In this document: one piece after another, positions 1 through 14,768 of the stretch
Numbering within the stretch: the stretch's first letter is position 1
Layout of the letters: every line of letters begins with the position of its first letter
The notes under the pieces: generated by a model
Told to the model about the DNA's origin: nothing
The model's input: only the letters and a program-made list of their open reading frames with translations
Databases searched by the model: none
Source: Podarcis vaucheri
Taxonomy: Eukaryota
Assembly: GCA_965113315.1 (NCBI GenBank)
Contig: OZ220372.1
DNA: 64,000 bases
Reading direction: 5' to 3' (one strand)
Translations under genes and position numbers: made by a program

Positions 1-1435
1 CTTTTTAGTGTATGAAAAGTTATGATCAAATAGACAAATGCATCAGGAGAAGTAACATGAGGGCTGGTAGAAAAGCAGTTGAATTATTTTTGCATGCTCT
101 GTAGTGTATTTGCCTTGAAGCCTTTACAAAGGTGTTGGCTCTGCTAAGAATTGTGCAAGCATCGGCTCAGTGTACCAATATCATGTTGCTGTTTTGCTAC
201 AAAAGTACTAGACAACTCATTTTGGGTTAGAAGGATTTTCTTTGTTCCTGTTATAAGCAGCATCCAGATATATCAACATTTTATTTTGCAAGTCCTAGCT
301 GTTGCAATAACAACTGGGACTTTATGTGAAGCTGGCCTGTAAACATTTTTGTCTGTTGATTAGTTGGAAGTACACAGTTGTTTCTGGGGGAAGTTCCTGG
401 CTCTCTAAAAGCTGAAAAGCAAATAAAGAGGAGTTTGGAGGGTCCTTTCTTGCACATATATTTTCCTGTATCTCGATACTAGTAAATTATTCCGTTCACT
501 TTTGGTTTCTGTTCTTCATGTTGAGACATATGATTTTAGTTGGCATGTTTATAAAATTTGTCAAATTCTAAAAAAATGTTCCATGATTCTCTGCTTGCTT
601 TGTGCCTTTTGTGAGCAAAGGGGTTTCAAACAGAACCCAGTGTAAAGGGACTCTTAACAGACTCCCCAGTGCCTCATGCTGACCTGTTCAGCATCTTTAA
701 TTTCAGTATTGACAACCATAGTAAAATGTGCAGCAACAATTGCATGCTGAATGACTGTTTTCCAAGTGACTTTCTTTATAATGGATTTGATAAGTTTTCG
801 GATACTTTTGAAGTGTTACAGCAGCTAATTGGGCTATTTCCGTTGCTGCCTCTGTAATTCCAATAGGCAGGAGTCTGGGTTCTGTATGCATGCTGGCTTG
901 CTTTGTGGGCAATGGCACTAGATGTAAACAAATTTAAGAGCAATCAGGTGTTTTGAATAGGTGTATTATAAGCAGAAAACTAATATAAAACTTGATCTTT
1001 TCAGTATAAACAGACATATTTGGCAAGCCGATTGGTGAATGTTATTCCTCTAGTGCAGAGAGAGTCTAAAAAACTTGTCAAGGATAGATTGATAGCAAAT
1101 AGAATACCATTAGTTGAAAATGTATTATTTCAGAACTAGGGTTAGCTCACCTTTCCCTTTCTTCACTGCCATCCTCATGTCTCATTTGTGGGCCTGCCAT
1201 TCAATTTTAAAACACTTCCAGTCAATTAACCATCAGTTTTACTTTATTTATTGATAAGTTAAGCTTGCACACGAATAAATTCTAGATTTAGAATGTTAAT
1301 GGACACTTTTAAATGTTCAGGCATACTCTCCAGGATTTTTTTTAAAACAGAAAGGAAAACACATACAACTCTGATACATTGGATAGATCAGAAGAAATAT
1401 TTGTTCTAGACCAAATAATTATATTGTTGCATCAG

Positions 1436-1437
<2 letters not shown>

Positions 1438-1467
<30 letters not shown>
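1438..1467. repeat. (GT)n microsatellite
   Basis: direct reading. Confidence 0.95.
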
Positions 1468-1469
<2 letters not shown>

Positions 1470-3964
1470 AAATGGAAGAGAGGGGATGTGGAAGAAAAGA
1501 AGTAGGTTTCAGTTCATAGTGTTTTAATAAGATATATCTAATTTTCATTTTAAATGTCAGTGTGCAGCTATTTTTTGTATATTGAAATTTGAGAGATGAA
1601 GGTGTCTGTGAGGAAGCAACTCCAAAGTGCTGGGGATTTCCCTTTCTAGCAGTGGGTGGAGCTGTTGGGGTCCCACAGCCTGCCTGCCTGCCCTTCCCCA
1701 GACTATTGTGCTTCAGTGAGAAGCAGCAAGAGGGGCTTCTAGGAACCCAGTACCCATCCTTTTCTGCCTCCCACCCCCAACCTGGTCTTCCCTACTGGTT
1801 GGCCAGGCTTTTGACTGGAGGAGCAGGCAGCAGTATCACCAGTGCCTTCCACTTTGATGACAGCAAGCAAAACCTTGGCTTTAGATCTCTGCCAGGAGTC
1901 CACACAACCCTTGTCATCCCTTCTTATGATATGTAGTCATTGCTAGATCAATGAAGTGCCATATCTATTCAAAATAATTATATTTTATCCCACCATTCCT
2001 TCAGTGAGCTCAAAGCAACGTACATAAATTTATCTTCACCACAACCCTTTGAGAGGTAGGATAGGCTGAGAAAGTGTAACTGGCTTACAGTCATGCAGTG
2101 AGCTTTATGGTTGAGTGGAGGTTGATTAAAAACTTTGATTGACTACTTGGGTTCATTAGTTAGTTCTTATTTCAGTCCTACTTATTTGCATTCTTTTGTG
2201 TTTATTGACTACACTTTATCAGGCACAGGTCTCTTGGCTGCTAGGGTTTACCTGTAGCATAGATGTTGGACTACTACTCCCATCATTCCCCATAATTTTT
2301 CTTTGGGTGTGTGTGTGTACATTTTTCCAATTATTGTCGTAGATACACAGAGTAAGCATTCTGTGTAGTATGCTGTGATTCAAACTATAAAACACTTCAT
2401 ACTGTACTTTTAATCTATTATTAGTTAAATGCCCATCACTCTGATAATACAGAGGGCCTTGTTAATGGAGGCCAGTCCTCCTGTTGTTATGGTTAGCAGG
2501 TTGGTTTAGGCCCCTGGTGCAGTGCTTTATTTTTGGAAACCATTTTGGGATAAAGTGTAGGGGCACAAGGAGGTAGTTGAGATGGAGGCCTGGCTTGTTC
2601 CAGTGTCACAGTGATTCCAGTGACAGGGATGAGGGTCAGGTTTTATCCCCTACCCCCCGTTATGTTCCAGAGTGAAACCAGATTAGAAACTTCAGTGATT
2701 AAGTGGTATATAAATAGCTTAAATATATGCATACATACTTTGTTCTAATGAAAGCATTGGAGAACTGAACTAGCCCATGTTTGCATAGTTCAGCCCTGAT
2801 TCTCCATCTTGGTGTGTTAAAACCGTAGAGATTGACTATTGCTAATCTTAATAGAAATTTAGAATCAAGGCACCTTTGCTGATTCTAGTATAGAATAGTG
2901 GCTGCCATAATAGTAGAAATGCATAAATTGTCCTCCATCCTTGCCTCTGTGCACGTTCAGTGTAAGTATATTCAGGTATGTTATAATGACACTCCTTGAC
3001 CTTGCTTTTGAGGGAAGCCATGCTTGATCCTTCTGGGTTTCTCTTCCAAAAATTGCTTACATAAAACAAGCACATGATAAACAAACAATAAAGGCTTTAA
3101 TCACAAGAGTGAGAAGAAAGAGGACTGAATTTACATTATGAGGTCTGGTATCTTGCCTTATTAATAGTATGGCCTGACCATAATGCCAGTGTGCAGTTCA
3201 GAGAGATTCTAGAAGTTGTTCATTTTAACTTGGCAGTGTTGCAAATTAGAGAAACCACAAAAGGCCAGACGCTTCTGCTTGTTGTGTCCTCCAATCCCAT
3301 TCATTCAGATTATATGAGTATTTTGTTAAACTTCCTTAATTTAAACAGTTCAGTATGTATAAGGCAAGGCTGAGGGCTGCATATTCTAGATATATAGTTC
3401 ATTTATGAACTTACTCAACTTGTGAAATGCCTAGGGAGGAGAGGGATTGCAGTCAAGGACCTTCTAGGTCCCATTTTACTCACTTAAATGGGTCCTATCT
3501 TTGCATTTTTGGGCATTCTTCCTAGAACAGATTTGAGGTCAGAGCAGTTTGTTCCAAAACAGATCTGCATTTGAGGTTGGAGCAGAAAAAAATAGGAAGC
3601 TTTTACATTTATTTTTCTCAAGTACACTTAAGCTTGCTTAAATACCCATTCAAAACAACCCATCTCCTTTTAGAATAATGCAAGCTGTTGGCTGTACTTT
3701 TACTTCTTATACTTTTTAAACTAGTGGAATTAAAACCACATTGTGTGCCTTCATTAACTTTCTTGGTATGCTAATAGTGAAATATTATTTTGCCCTGAGT
3801 AAACTTGTAAAATGTGATGGGCTTTGTCAAGACTGGGAGCTAGTAAACCTGCATATACTCTACAGTTGAGCATTTCCTAATGCATTGTGGCTATCTCAAG
3901 CCGCTAACTTAAAAGCACCATTTCTGGATGAAGTTAACATTTTCATTTCTTGAAGGCCAGCATA

Positions 3965-4206
3965 CAGTGGTACCTCGGGTTAAGAACGTAATTCGTTCTG
4001 AAGGTCCGTTCTTAACCTGAAACTGTTCTTAACCTGAGGTACCACTTTAGCTAGTAGAGCCTCCTGCTGCCACCGCACTGTGGCGGCGTGATTTCTCTTC
4101 CCATCCTGAAGCAAAGTTCTTAACCCGAGGTACTATTTCTGGGTTAGCGGAGTCTGTAACCTGAAGCGTCTGTGACCTGAAGCATCTGTAACCCGAGGTA
4201 CCACTG
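3965..4206. mobile_element. Tigger-like (TcMar/pogo) MITE, 242 bp
   Basis: TIR CAGTGGTACCTCGGGTTA / TAACCCGAGGTACCACTG; TA TSD. Confidence 0.9.
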
Positions 4207-6613
4207 TATATGCCACACACAACTCAACTAGAATATCAAGGATAAAACCATAGCTCAGTGGTACGTGTTTTATATGCAGGCACCCAGGCTTATTCCCAAT
4301 ATCTCCATGTAGGGCTTGGAAAAAGCTGTGTCTGAAATGCTGGAGAGCCTCTACCACCAGCCATTGTAGTTCAAGGATGGGAAACCCTTTTCAGCCCAAG
4401 GGCTGCACTGTTTTCATGGGCAAAATTGGGACTTTTCCATTTGTACAGCATGACAGTCTACATTCCAGCTACATGAAAATCAGAAGTGTCTACTGGGCTG
4501 GTAAGAGATGGGTCCTAGGGTGAGTCTCAAGCATTGGCTAGAGAGATCGGGGGGGGGGGGTTACAGTGGTCCCTTGGTTCTGATTCTCCTCCCCCCTTCC
4601 AATTGTAGACAGATACTGAATAGATTGATCAGTGTACGACAGATTTTTATATTTGTTGTATCTGCATTGAGGTTTACTGGCCAATTTCTGCTGGTGCTTG
4701 CTGCCAAGCTCCTCCTCTAAGTTATCTGGCATGCACAAGGAGGCTTGTGGGAGAGACAAGGGTTTCTCTAATTTGTGCTGCATTATGAAGAAAGTAAGAA
4801 ATGGGAGGGGCCTCTCCCACACTTCTATTATCCAAACACCTGGTCAAACTAGAGTAGACCTTGCCTTTCCCTTGAGTCTTTTGATACTTGAAGAGAGCTT
4901 GAGGGAAAGGCAGGATTCTCATCCTTTGTGGTATTTTGGGAACAATGAGGAACCATAGGAATCTTTCTCTACTCCTTCACAATCTCTGACTTAAAAGGAA
5001 GTGAAAGAAGATCAGCCTTTCCCTTGAGCCTTCTGGCAAGTGGAAAAGAGACTGGTCTTATTTGCACTGAAATTTGAATGTGAACAAGTGCAAGAGGGTA
5101 CAGCTGTTTTCTAGCTGCTCCCAATGACAGCAAAAAGGGAGGCTGAGAGAGAAATATTAGATACTGTTGGGCATCCTACTTTCATATTTTGAAATTTCCA
5201 CATGCATTTGGTAGAGAACTTGTGCCATGTAGTAGTTAATGAGACCAGACGAATCTGGGTTCAAATCCCCATTCAGCAATGTAGCTTACTGGACTAGTCA
5301 CTGTCTCTTAGCCCAACCCTACTTCATAGGGTTGTTGTGAGAATTAGCTGACAACTCACATTGAGAAGGGTTTGGGGTTGTTTTTTGAGGAATAAAAAAT
5401 AGTATAGCATATAGGCTACAAAACAGAAACTTTGCAACACCATTATTAGCCACTTCATGCTTTTAAATGTAGAATAAAGCAGATACCAGAATTTTTTTCC
5501 AGTGGGAACATTGTCTTGATACATTTTTCTTTTAAACACTAGCTCAGGAGTGGGAAATATATGTCCCTAAGGCCCAGTTAGGCCTTCCAGACCTTATCAT
5601 TTCGCCTGCAAGGCATATCCACTTGGCATCATATTAATTAGGCCTTTGGCTAATTAAACAGTCTTTGGCTTTTTATGTATTTTTGCGTTTTTATATTGTA
5701 AAACGCCTTGTGATCCTCTCTGATGAAGGGCCGCATAGAAAATGAATGAATGAATGACACCAGGCATGTCCCTAGACTTGAAAAAGGGGTTTGCACACAG
5801 ACACCATCTGGAAAGACGTTGCAATGTTTCAAAATGTTGTGTACCACATGGGTCACCTGGTACTATTGTGATGTTAGGGGATTGAGTGGTGTGTGTGGTC
5901 TTGCCCACCTGTTACATGGCGCACAAGGGTGGAGGGATATGAATCTGGCCTGCTGGCTGGATTCAGTTCCCCACCCCTGCCCTAGTTACCACTTCATGCA
6001 CTATGTTTTACCTTGATGCCCTAATTGTGAAGCTTACCTAAGTGTTGAGAAAAAGACACCCAGAACCCATACAGAGAAGAACCATCACTAGAATTGTACC
6101 ATACTTTAATTGTGTGTCCACGACTAGCACTGCCTCCTCTACAAAAAACATTAGGTGTAGTGGCCTCCACAACAGTTTTATATATAAGGCTAAAAAAAGA
6201 CTACTGCATGTTTCAAGTGCAGTTATCTTCCAAGACAGAAATGTCCATATTGTAGCGCATGTTTAATAAAATTATGTGGTGAAACCACAGGAGACATCTG
6301 CCCTGTGCCTTCCATTATGCATTTTGCAGGTTGTTGGATACTGTCAACACTTCCAAACCACCAAGCAGGAAGGAAATCCACAGAAATTGATTGTGAAAAT
6401 ATAGCCTTGCAAGCACAGTGGTCTTGTGGTTAGTGCTTTACATAGACCTCTGCCTCTCTCTCCTTGTTGTGAGACAAGCAGGATGGAGAGGGCATTGCTG
6501 CAGGAACCCGATCCTTGACTCCTTGTGCTGCTCTGTAGTGCCCCTTTGTGATCAGTGTAGGAATGACATTGATGGAACCCTGTCAACAAGAATTTGAAAA
6601 GACTATAAAGATT

Positions 6614-7194
6614 TGTTGTTGTTGTTTAGTCGTTTAGTCATGTCCGACTCTTCGTGACCCCATGGACCAGAGCATGCCAGGCACTCCTGTCTTCCACTAC
6701 CTCCCGCAGTTTGGTCAGACTAATGTTTGTAGCTTCGAGAACACTGTCCAACCATCTCGTCCTCTGTCGTCCCCTTCTTCTTGTGCCCTCCATCTTTCCC
6801 AGCATCAGGGTCTTTTCCAGGGAGTCTTCTCTTCTCATGAGGTGGCCAAAGTATTGGAGCCTCAGCTTCACGCTCTGTCCTTCCAGTGAGCACTCAGGGC
6901 TGATTTCCTTCAGAATGGAGAGGTTTGATCTTCTTTCAGTCCATGGGACTCTCAAGAGTCTCCTCCAGCACCATAATTCAAAAGCATCAATTCTTCGGCG
7001 ATCAGCCTTCCTTATGGTTCAGCTCTCACTTCCATACATCACTACTGGGAAAACCATGGCTTTAACTACATGGACCTTTGTTGATAAGGTGATGTCTCTG
7101 CTTTTAATGATCCTGTCTAGGCTTGCCATCACCTTTCTCCCAAGGAGCAGGTGTCTTTTAATTTCGTGACTGCTGTCACCTATTTGTAACCGAT
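6614..7194 (-). mobile_element. 5'-truncated RTE-BovB LINE
   Basis: (CAA)n tail. C-terminal ORF remnant LQYFGHLMRREDSLEKTLMLGKMEGTRRRGRQRTRWLD. 11-bp TSD CTATAAAGATT (6603-6613, 7195-7205). Confidence 0.93.
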
Positions 7195-8686
7195 CTATAA
7201 AGATTACCTATCTTTTAACTTTACTCACATTTGTCCCTGGCATCAAATGACAATATTTTTTCAAGTTACCAGCTTGGGGTATTGCAGAAATAATAGACTT
7301 GTCTTTCATACATGATCCTAAATCATGCTTCAGAGTTATAGCAATGAGCTGCAGTGAGTTCTCACCACTTCTCAGGAGCCGTGATGAAGAGTGTAGAAAG
7401 CTTTTGGTTCCCTTTAAATTAACCACAGATTGTTGCAATGTCCAAACCTAGATACACTGACCCAATTCACATGTAACACTAAACCAAACAATGATATACC
7501 ATTATGAGGATGAACTGCGGCAAACCTTGGCCTCATGTGTTCTCCCCTCCTTCCACAAGGAAGAGATCAGAAGCTTCCATGTTAGATTAACCACAGTTCA
7601 GCATTATGTCTGAACCCTTAACTATGGTTTGTTGAAAAAAACCCAGCTTCTTAAACTATGAAGATGTCTTGTTTTAAGAAACTGTAATTAAGATTTGTAA
7701 TTAAGAATTACGCATAAGTTTGTTGGGTCTGAAATGAAATGAAATGGCAAGCTGTGGTCAGTCTAAAATGGAAGCAAAAGTATTCTGCCTGAATGCAGCC
7801 AGTTTGTATTTTAATCATTAAGCTTGCTCAGTAGAATTCCTTCTGATTTGTGGGATTAGTAAGAAGTCTAACATAGAAAGGAATGTTTCTATTTTGGGAT
7901 TAGTTAATAACTATGAAAAACTATTGTACAAGTACTTAAAACATATTTTAAAGAGGATTACAACTAGTTAATGTTATCGACTGGTAGGTCAAGGGAGCTC
8001 AGAGTAAATATACTGGAGAGAGAGAGAGTAAATGGTACATTGCTGTAGTCTAGTTGAAGCTGACTTTCTGGTCCATGATGCTAGAATGATTGCAAATGAC
8101 TTCTTGTTTTTGCAACCAATATAGTGGTCAATAAGATGAACAATCTGAACCAGCAATATACAGCATTAAGTTGAATTAGTGTTCTGTGGTTGTATGAAGC
8201 TTTTTTAAAGTGGTGCTATGTTCAGAATGCAGTAGTCCGCTTTAACCAAATCCTTGCAGAACACAAAACAGAGCTATCAACAGCTTTAACTTTTTCTGGA
8301 AGTGCATTATCTACATTTCATGTATAAACTAATCCATTTGTTCCCATGGCTCCTGGTATTTAGTTGGTCATGCTTTCAGCTAAGTTCTGTGTGTGTTTCA
8401 AGAGCAGTTAATAAGTAGCAAAAATGAGGAAATGCTATCTAAATGGCTTCGCCTTTTCTCAAAATTTTAATCTGCTAAAAAGGAACATTTCTCTGCCCTG
8501 CTTCATTTCCTCACCATTTGAACTAGATGGGAAAGATACTGTAGTTTACTTTAAATGTGAACTACAAAGCTTCCCTGCATAACAAATTATGCCAGACTTA
8601 ATGAACTATGTGTTCCTGACATACAGGGAACTTCAGGATCTTTGGCAAAGAGAGACATTTGTTTTAATACAAGTTTGCTCTGGTGG

Positions 8687-8852
8687 AACAGGAAGCTGCC
8701 TTCTGTGGAGTCAGACCATTGGTCCATCTAGGTCCACATTGTTTACACCAACTGACAGCATCTTTCTAGTGTTTCCAACAGAAGACATTCCCAGCCCTAC
8801 CTAGAGATATTGGGGATTGAACCCTGGGACCTTCTGCATCCACTGAGCTATG
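8687..8852 (-). mobile_element. Squam3-like tRNA-derived SINE
   Basis: Reverse complement of CCATAGCTCAGTGG...GGTTCAATCCCC...GATGGACCAATGGTCTGACTC...GGCAGCTTCCT; related copy on + at about 4247-4362. Confidence 0.75.
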
Positions 8853-9807
8853 GTACTTCCAGGTTCAGTCACCATGTCTCAGGGTTGCATGTGCCAACAG
8901 TTGCAGGGAGTTAGTTTCATATTTGTGATGACTGAGAGTGCTGCAAGAACAAGGATACAGAGGAAGGAAGGGAAGTTATAAAGCATCATTAAGATAAATT
9001 GATCTACTCTCTTCTCTCACTCAGAGGTTGCAAATCTAAAGCACATTTGGGAGAGCTTCAAAAGTTGTTACTTCAATGTCATGCCCTTATGGTGCATCAC
9101 AAATAGAAGCTATGAGATATACTGTATACGCAAGCCTTTATTTTACTGACTCTCTGGATTGTAGCTAACACTCCTAATTTTAAAAACAGAGAAGGCAGAG
9201 GTCTCACTGTTTTGCTGGGGATACTGGCAAGCTACTATAATATCTACAGTGTTTAATATAATTTACTGTTCATTTTATGGTAAATACTTACTCTTCGAGC
9301 CTGTGCCATGCTCATGAACAGCCTCTTTGATTGGTTTCACTGTAGTGCAGATCTTCACCTACATCAAGGAGTCTCCAGAGGAATATTTCCCATGCTGCAT
9401 TTCCCATGCTTTGCTGCAAAACAGGTATATGCACACTGTTTTCAAAGCGCTGAGTAAAGTGATCTATGTTTATTTTCTCCTTGGAAGGCATTGATTGTTT
9501 GGGATCCAGTGTGCTGTCTGAGGACAGATTTGCATATGACACTAAAGCTAAACATGCTTTCAGAAATGGTGTATATTCCTCAAAGCAAAATGAAATGGAA
9601 CTCTTGATGACAAGAAAAAACAAACTCTTTTGCAGCTAAAGCTTTTCTATTGGAAAAATAAACAATGTTCTGAGTCTGTTATTCAGATACAGCCCAACTG
9701 CTTAGCAGTAAGAGTATTTTTGGATTTATGAGCATGTGCTTTTACCCTACCATAAATCAAGTGTAAACCCTCTCTGTCGCCTGGGGCCACAGGGCTATGG
9801 CAACCTT

Positions 9808-10077
9808 AATAATAATAATAATAAATTTTATTTATATCCCGCCCTCCCCAGCCGAAGCCGGGCTCAGGGCGGCTAACAACAATAAAACAGTACAAAAGTA
9901 CAACATAAACAACATTCTAAAATCATTCATTATAAAAATTAATTAATTCAAGCCACTAGCAACCATTGGGCCAGAGCTCTGCGAAGATTGCCGAGGGAGG
10001 GAGTTAGGCTGTGCCCTGGCCAAAGGCCTGGTGGAACAGCTCTGTCTTGCAGGCCCTGCGGAAGGATGTCAAGTCCT
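9808..10077 (-). mobile_element. 3' end of an L2-like LINE
   Basis: (ATT)n tail after GGGCGGGATATAAATAAA; ORF2 C-terminal remnant DLTSFRRACKTELFHQAF*. Confidence 0.75.
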
Positions 10078-10987
10078 TACAGCATTATCATATTGTATAC
10101 TTACAGTGATCTCAGTTCTGGCTACCAATCCTTTTGTAGACAAAATGACATCATCCATTGCACAAGAGGAAGGTTTCAGTAGACTTGGGAGAACCCAAAC
10201 ACTTGGGGGAAACCCCAAGGTTGAACAAAAAATCCCATCAGCTCCAGCCAGCATGGCCAATGGTTAGGGATGATGGGAGTTGAAGTCCAACAACATCTAC
10301 ATTGTAAGCTGTTGTAAGCTCCTATAGATGGGCTTTTATCTACATGAGTAGTGATACCATTAAGTTTCTTTAAAATATTCAACTTATGAGGTTAGTGTGT
10401 CTCATTCTTCTTGTTTTACCTAGAACAACACTTGAATATACTGACACCTGGATCTTTTAAGAAAAGAGAACATAATAGAAACATACAACTTGCTTCATGA
10501 CTTTGAATTGCTTCTCAGCTAGTGCTAAAATAATAATACTCGAGGAATGAAATCTCTTCTGATTTAGCTCCTAAAAAGAGTAGATAATTCTGATTATCTT
10601 TCCAGCATCTTCCTTTGTAAAAGCTAGTGGAACTGAGTTGGTTTACCTGTAGTGGCCCTGGTTGTGTTTCAGTTTCTAAATGAGAATAGTCTTAATTGCT
10701 GCTGTTAACACTGGGCTTAAATTAAGGTGTAGTTTAAAATCTTGGGTTTTCCCCCTATAGAATATCAGAAGAGCCCTGCTGGGTCAGATTAGTGGCCCAT
10801 CTAGTTCAGCATCCTGTTGTCACAGTGGCCAACCTATGGGAAGACCACCGTCAGGCTCAGAGGGCAGCAGTACTCTCCCCACTTGCAATTCCCAGCAGCT
10901 GATATTTGGAGGCAAACTGCCTCTGAAAACACAGCCTGGGCCATGAGCCTACCACTGAAATACTCAGAGAAAGTCCTGCTCCAAGTA

Positions 10988-11156
10988 CAGTGGTACCTCC
11001 GGTTGCGAATGGGATCTGTTCCAGAGGTCCAGTCGGATCCCAAGGTTTCCGCAACCTGAGGACCGCTTCTGCACATGCGTGCGGTGAAACCCGATCAAAT
11101 ACTTCCGGGTTTGCCGCTTTTGCACCCTGAAGTTTAGATAATCAGAGGTACTACTG
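10988..11156. mobile_element. Tigger-like MITE, 169 bp
   Basis: TIR CAGTGGTACCTC / GAGGTACTACTG; TA TSD. Confidence 0.85.
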
Positions 11157-12666
11157 TACCTCCTTCTCACTTCATCAGATCAAACAGGGATACATTGGTG
11201 GTGGCACCAATGTTCCTTGAAAGGGCCCCACTTTAAGTCCTACTGTTAGAATCTGTTCCTTTTCAAGTAAGTTTTTAATTATCTTGATTATCAATAAGTG
11301 TGATAGTATGGTTAGGTTTGGCAACTACTCTGGGTTAGAATCAATTTTCAGACTGTTTGCTTGCCAGCACCTTAATGGATGTCCTTTAAGGATCTTTGAA
11401 ATCTTCAAAATATAGCAAAGGTAGGGTATGGAAAGGAATATTGGCCTATGGCTACTTTTCTGTGTCATGTTGCTGATGCATAGAGGTTGGAGTGAGTGAG
11501 GTTCCCAGTGCCTGTGCAGTTACGCATCTAAGACTGGCTATATACAGATTGTTACATGGAACCTAGGGGTTTGCAGAGGTGGCTATGCAACCTCTTTAAA
11601 TGCTTTCTTTCTACATTGCAGTCCTTGAGGGACTGGGTGCTGTCTTGCTCCATTCCTCCTTGATAGTGGCTAGAAGAAGTGAACAGCTGGGTGCATACAC
11701 AGCACACATTTAATATGTATATTCTACATAATTGGCAGTACTATATCCCTTGCTCTTATTTTTATGAAGCTTTGATAATTTTCAGGCAGATTCTCTCCTC
11801 CATATTGGGAAATAAAGGGTTGTGTTCAATGTACTGTTTATGTAAACATTCTCTCAGCAATCTAGCATGGAATGTTCTCCTCTTCACCTTCCCTGTGCGC
11901 TCCCCCTACCAAAATATCTTTTTCATGAGTTCCTGCAACCCTCTGGAGCAGATTTGGGTGGGAGAGGGGGAAATTATGTTGTACAAGCAGAAATCCTTGC
12001 ACTGATGAGCTGTAGTAGTTGAATACCGCCCCAAAGCATTGAATTAGGGTGGAATGGAATAAGCCTGGAACAATGGTGGGCTTTGAATTGGATCTGCAAA
12101 GGCTGTCTTGTGGACCATATCTTGATATTAGTCTTACGGCTTTCAGCAATGATTTCTTTTATGTTTCAATGTTTTTCACAATCCTGAGGGATGGAAGTCT
12201 TTTAAAAATGAAAAGCTGAAAATGACAGTCTATTTCTCTAAAGTGTGGGTTACTGCAGTTCATAAACTTGGCTACTTATAGCTACACAATATATTAAGGC
12301 CATGCCTAGAAAAGGTCGATCTCCTAACTGACATGGTAGAGTTGTTTGACAGTTCTGGGCCATTTGTTATGTACTTTTTATGTAGCCAAGAAAAATGTAC
12401 ACTGTTTGGTTAGTTTGGATGGAGTCTGATAATACATACTATACCAGTGATCTTTGGTTTCTTCCAAGAGAATCTTGTGGGAGAAGTAGAGACTTGTTCC
12501 TTTCAGCATTTTCAGAGGTCAAGAATGGAATTATTTTCTTTGCATTACTGCCAGCATTGGGATGAAGCACAAGCCAAGTGTTTTTCATAGAATACCTGTG
12601 AGAAAGAGAATTTCCCTTTGGGGGGATTCAGTTGAAAGATAACAGGCTTCTTAGTTACTCCTTTTC

Positions 12667-12698
<32 letters not shown>

Positions 12699-12722
12699 TA
12701 ATAATAATAACAATAATAATAA
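12667..12722. repeat. (AAT)n microsatellite, imperfect
   Basis: direct reading. Confidence 0.9.
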
Positions 12723-12767
12723 ACAATAGAATTTCATCACTCAGAATACTAAAAAAGACTTTTGTTG

Positions 12768-13113
12768 GGGTGTTGCGCTGTGGGTTAAACCACAGAGCCT
12801 AGGACTTGCCGATCAGAAGGTCGGCAGTTTGAATCCCCGTGACGGGGTGAGCGCCCGTTGCTCGGTCCCTGCTCCTGCCCACCTAGCAGTTCGAAAGCAC
12901 GCCAAAGTGCAAGTAGATAAATAGGTACCGCTCTAGCGGGAAGGTAAACGGCGTTTCCGTGCGCTGTTCTGGTTCACCAGAAGCGGCTTAGTCATGCTGG
13001 TCACATGACCCGGAAGCTGTATGCCAGTTCCCTTGGCCAATAAAGCAAGATGAGCGCCACAACCCCAGAGTTGGCCACGACTGGACCTAATGGTCAGGGG
13101 TCCCTTTACCTTT
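12768..13113 (+). mobile_element. Sauria SINE, near full length
   Basis: tRNA-like head, core CTAGCAGTTCGAAAGCAC...AGTAGATAAATAGGTACC, (ACCTTT)n tail. Confidence 0.92.
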
Positions 13114-14497
13114 AACTACTTCTAGATAAATAGCAGGAAAGCTCCTCTCAGTTACTGGTTGTCTTGCTATGGATCACAAAGGTATCATAGGCATCTTGGC
13201 ACTGGTTACTACTCTACTGTAGGTGATCGGACTTTTCTTTAAACAGGTTGCTGTTGCCACCACCAAATTACCCTTATACCTTGTATTTCTGAATACCTTT
13301 GAGACTGAGGAAGCACATAGTGGAAAGCATTCTTTCAGGAGCTTTTCTCAGTTACACTATCCTTAGCTGCAGCACTATTAAGAAGCCTCTCAAAGATGTG
13401 TGTGCTGTAAAAAGCATCCTGCGTCTACATGTGCTGACAATGTTTTTACTAGAGGTCTGTTGTGCTCCACACAAAGTTAGTCTTCCATGTGTGTACACAC
13501 ACACAAAATCAGAATAGAGGGACCACCTTAAGAACAGAATTCAATTAACAAAAACCCTTTTGGTTTGACATGTTGTGTTAAGGACTTCCCATGTCCACTC
13601 AAGCTCCAAAATGCCAGGAAATTACAGCTATTAAGGACCACACCTTTAACAGATGCATTATTTAGGCAGTATTGATATGGTGTGGTATCATTTTCTGTGA
13701 TTGGTTCTTGCATGACCACTAACCTGGAGCTGAATGGCTTCTGGTGGTAGATTGGAGGACCTAAGTCCCAGATTTTTCTGCTCACTGTAATAGACCCATG
13801 GATTCTATGCAACTGAAGCTACCATTCCACATTACAAGTACTCAGCTGGCAACCAGCACTCTACCACAATGTGCTGAGAAAAGATTTGTTGGCAGACAGC
13901 AGTCCTATTAGTCCTAGCCAATGTGAGCTTACTGGAATCTGGCAGAGAAAAAGCCCTGCCAAAGGATTCTTCCAAGGCTTGTACAGTGCTCAGCAGCAGT
14001 TGATCAGTGTCCTAAAATAGGGTCTCTCTTGGCAGTTCTTCAGTGGTGAGAAAAGACAGGGAAGGTGTTCATTCTTTATGTTACTCCTTAGATTCTCTAC
14101 CACTTTTGTATTGGTAGACAAGTGTGCTTGACCTGTCTACCTTGCTCCTGTCTGCACGCGGACCTGCTGTAAATGATCAGATCCTAATGTATGTGGCTGT
14201 GTGTAATGTTGGTGTTGACATGTCAGACTTCATGCATCTTGCATGCTCAGTTCTACTTGTGCCGAAGTTTTCAGCTACACTGAGACTTCTTTGGTGAAGT
14301 CATATTATCCCTTCATCAAATCTTTCTTGTCCGTGTGCCTTCTGTGACGAACAGTGCGGGGTTGCATTTATTTAAGTGATTTATATAAACCTAGAGTGCC
14401 TCTAAGCAATTTGTAAAAATGGCTACATCCTCAGCTGGCTTAGCTTGACAGCATACCAACCAGGGTGTGAATTTAAAATGACAGAGGTAAAGTTTAA

Positions 14498-14768
14498 AAA
14501 GGTAAAGGACCCCTGAATGGTTAAGGCCAGTCAAAGGCTACTATGGGGTTTTTGGCACTCTTCTGGGTCATGTGGCCAGCATGACTAAACCACTTCTGGC
14601 GCAGCAGAACACCGTGACAGAAACCAGAGTGCACAGAAGCGCCATTAACCTTCCCGTCGCAGCAGTACCTATTTATCTACTCACACTGGGATGCTTTCGA
14701 ACTGCTAGGTTGGCAGAAGCTAGGACAGAGCAATGGGAGCTTACTCCATTGTGTGGATTCAAACCATC
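14498..14768 (-). mobile_element. Sauria SINE, 5'-truncated and older
   Basis: AAAGGTAAAGG tail and reverse complement of Sauria core (CCTATTTATCTACT, TTTCGAACTGCTAGG). Confidence 0.88.

Noticed and set aside
6654-7169. 171-aa plus-strand ORF
   Set aside because: Antisense shadow of the BovB ORF.
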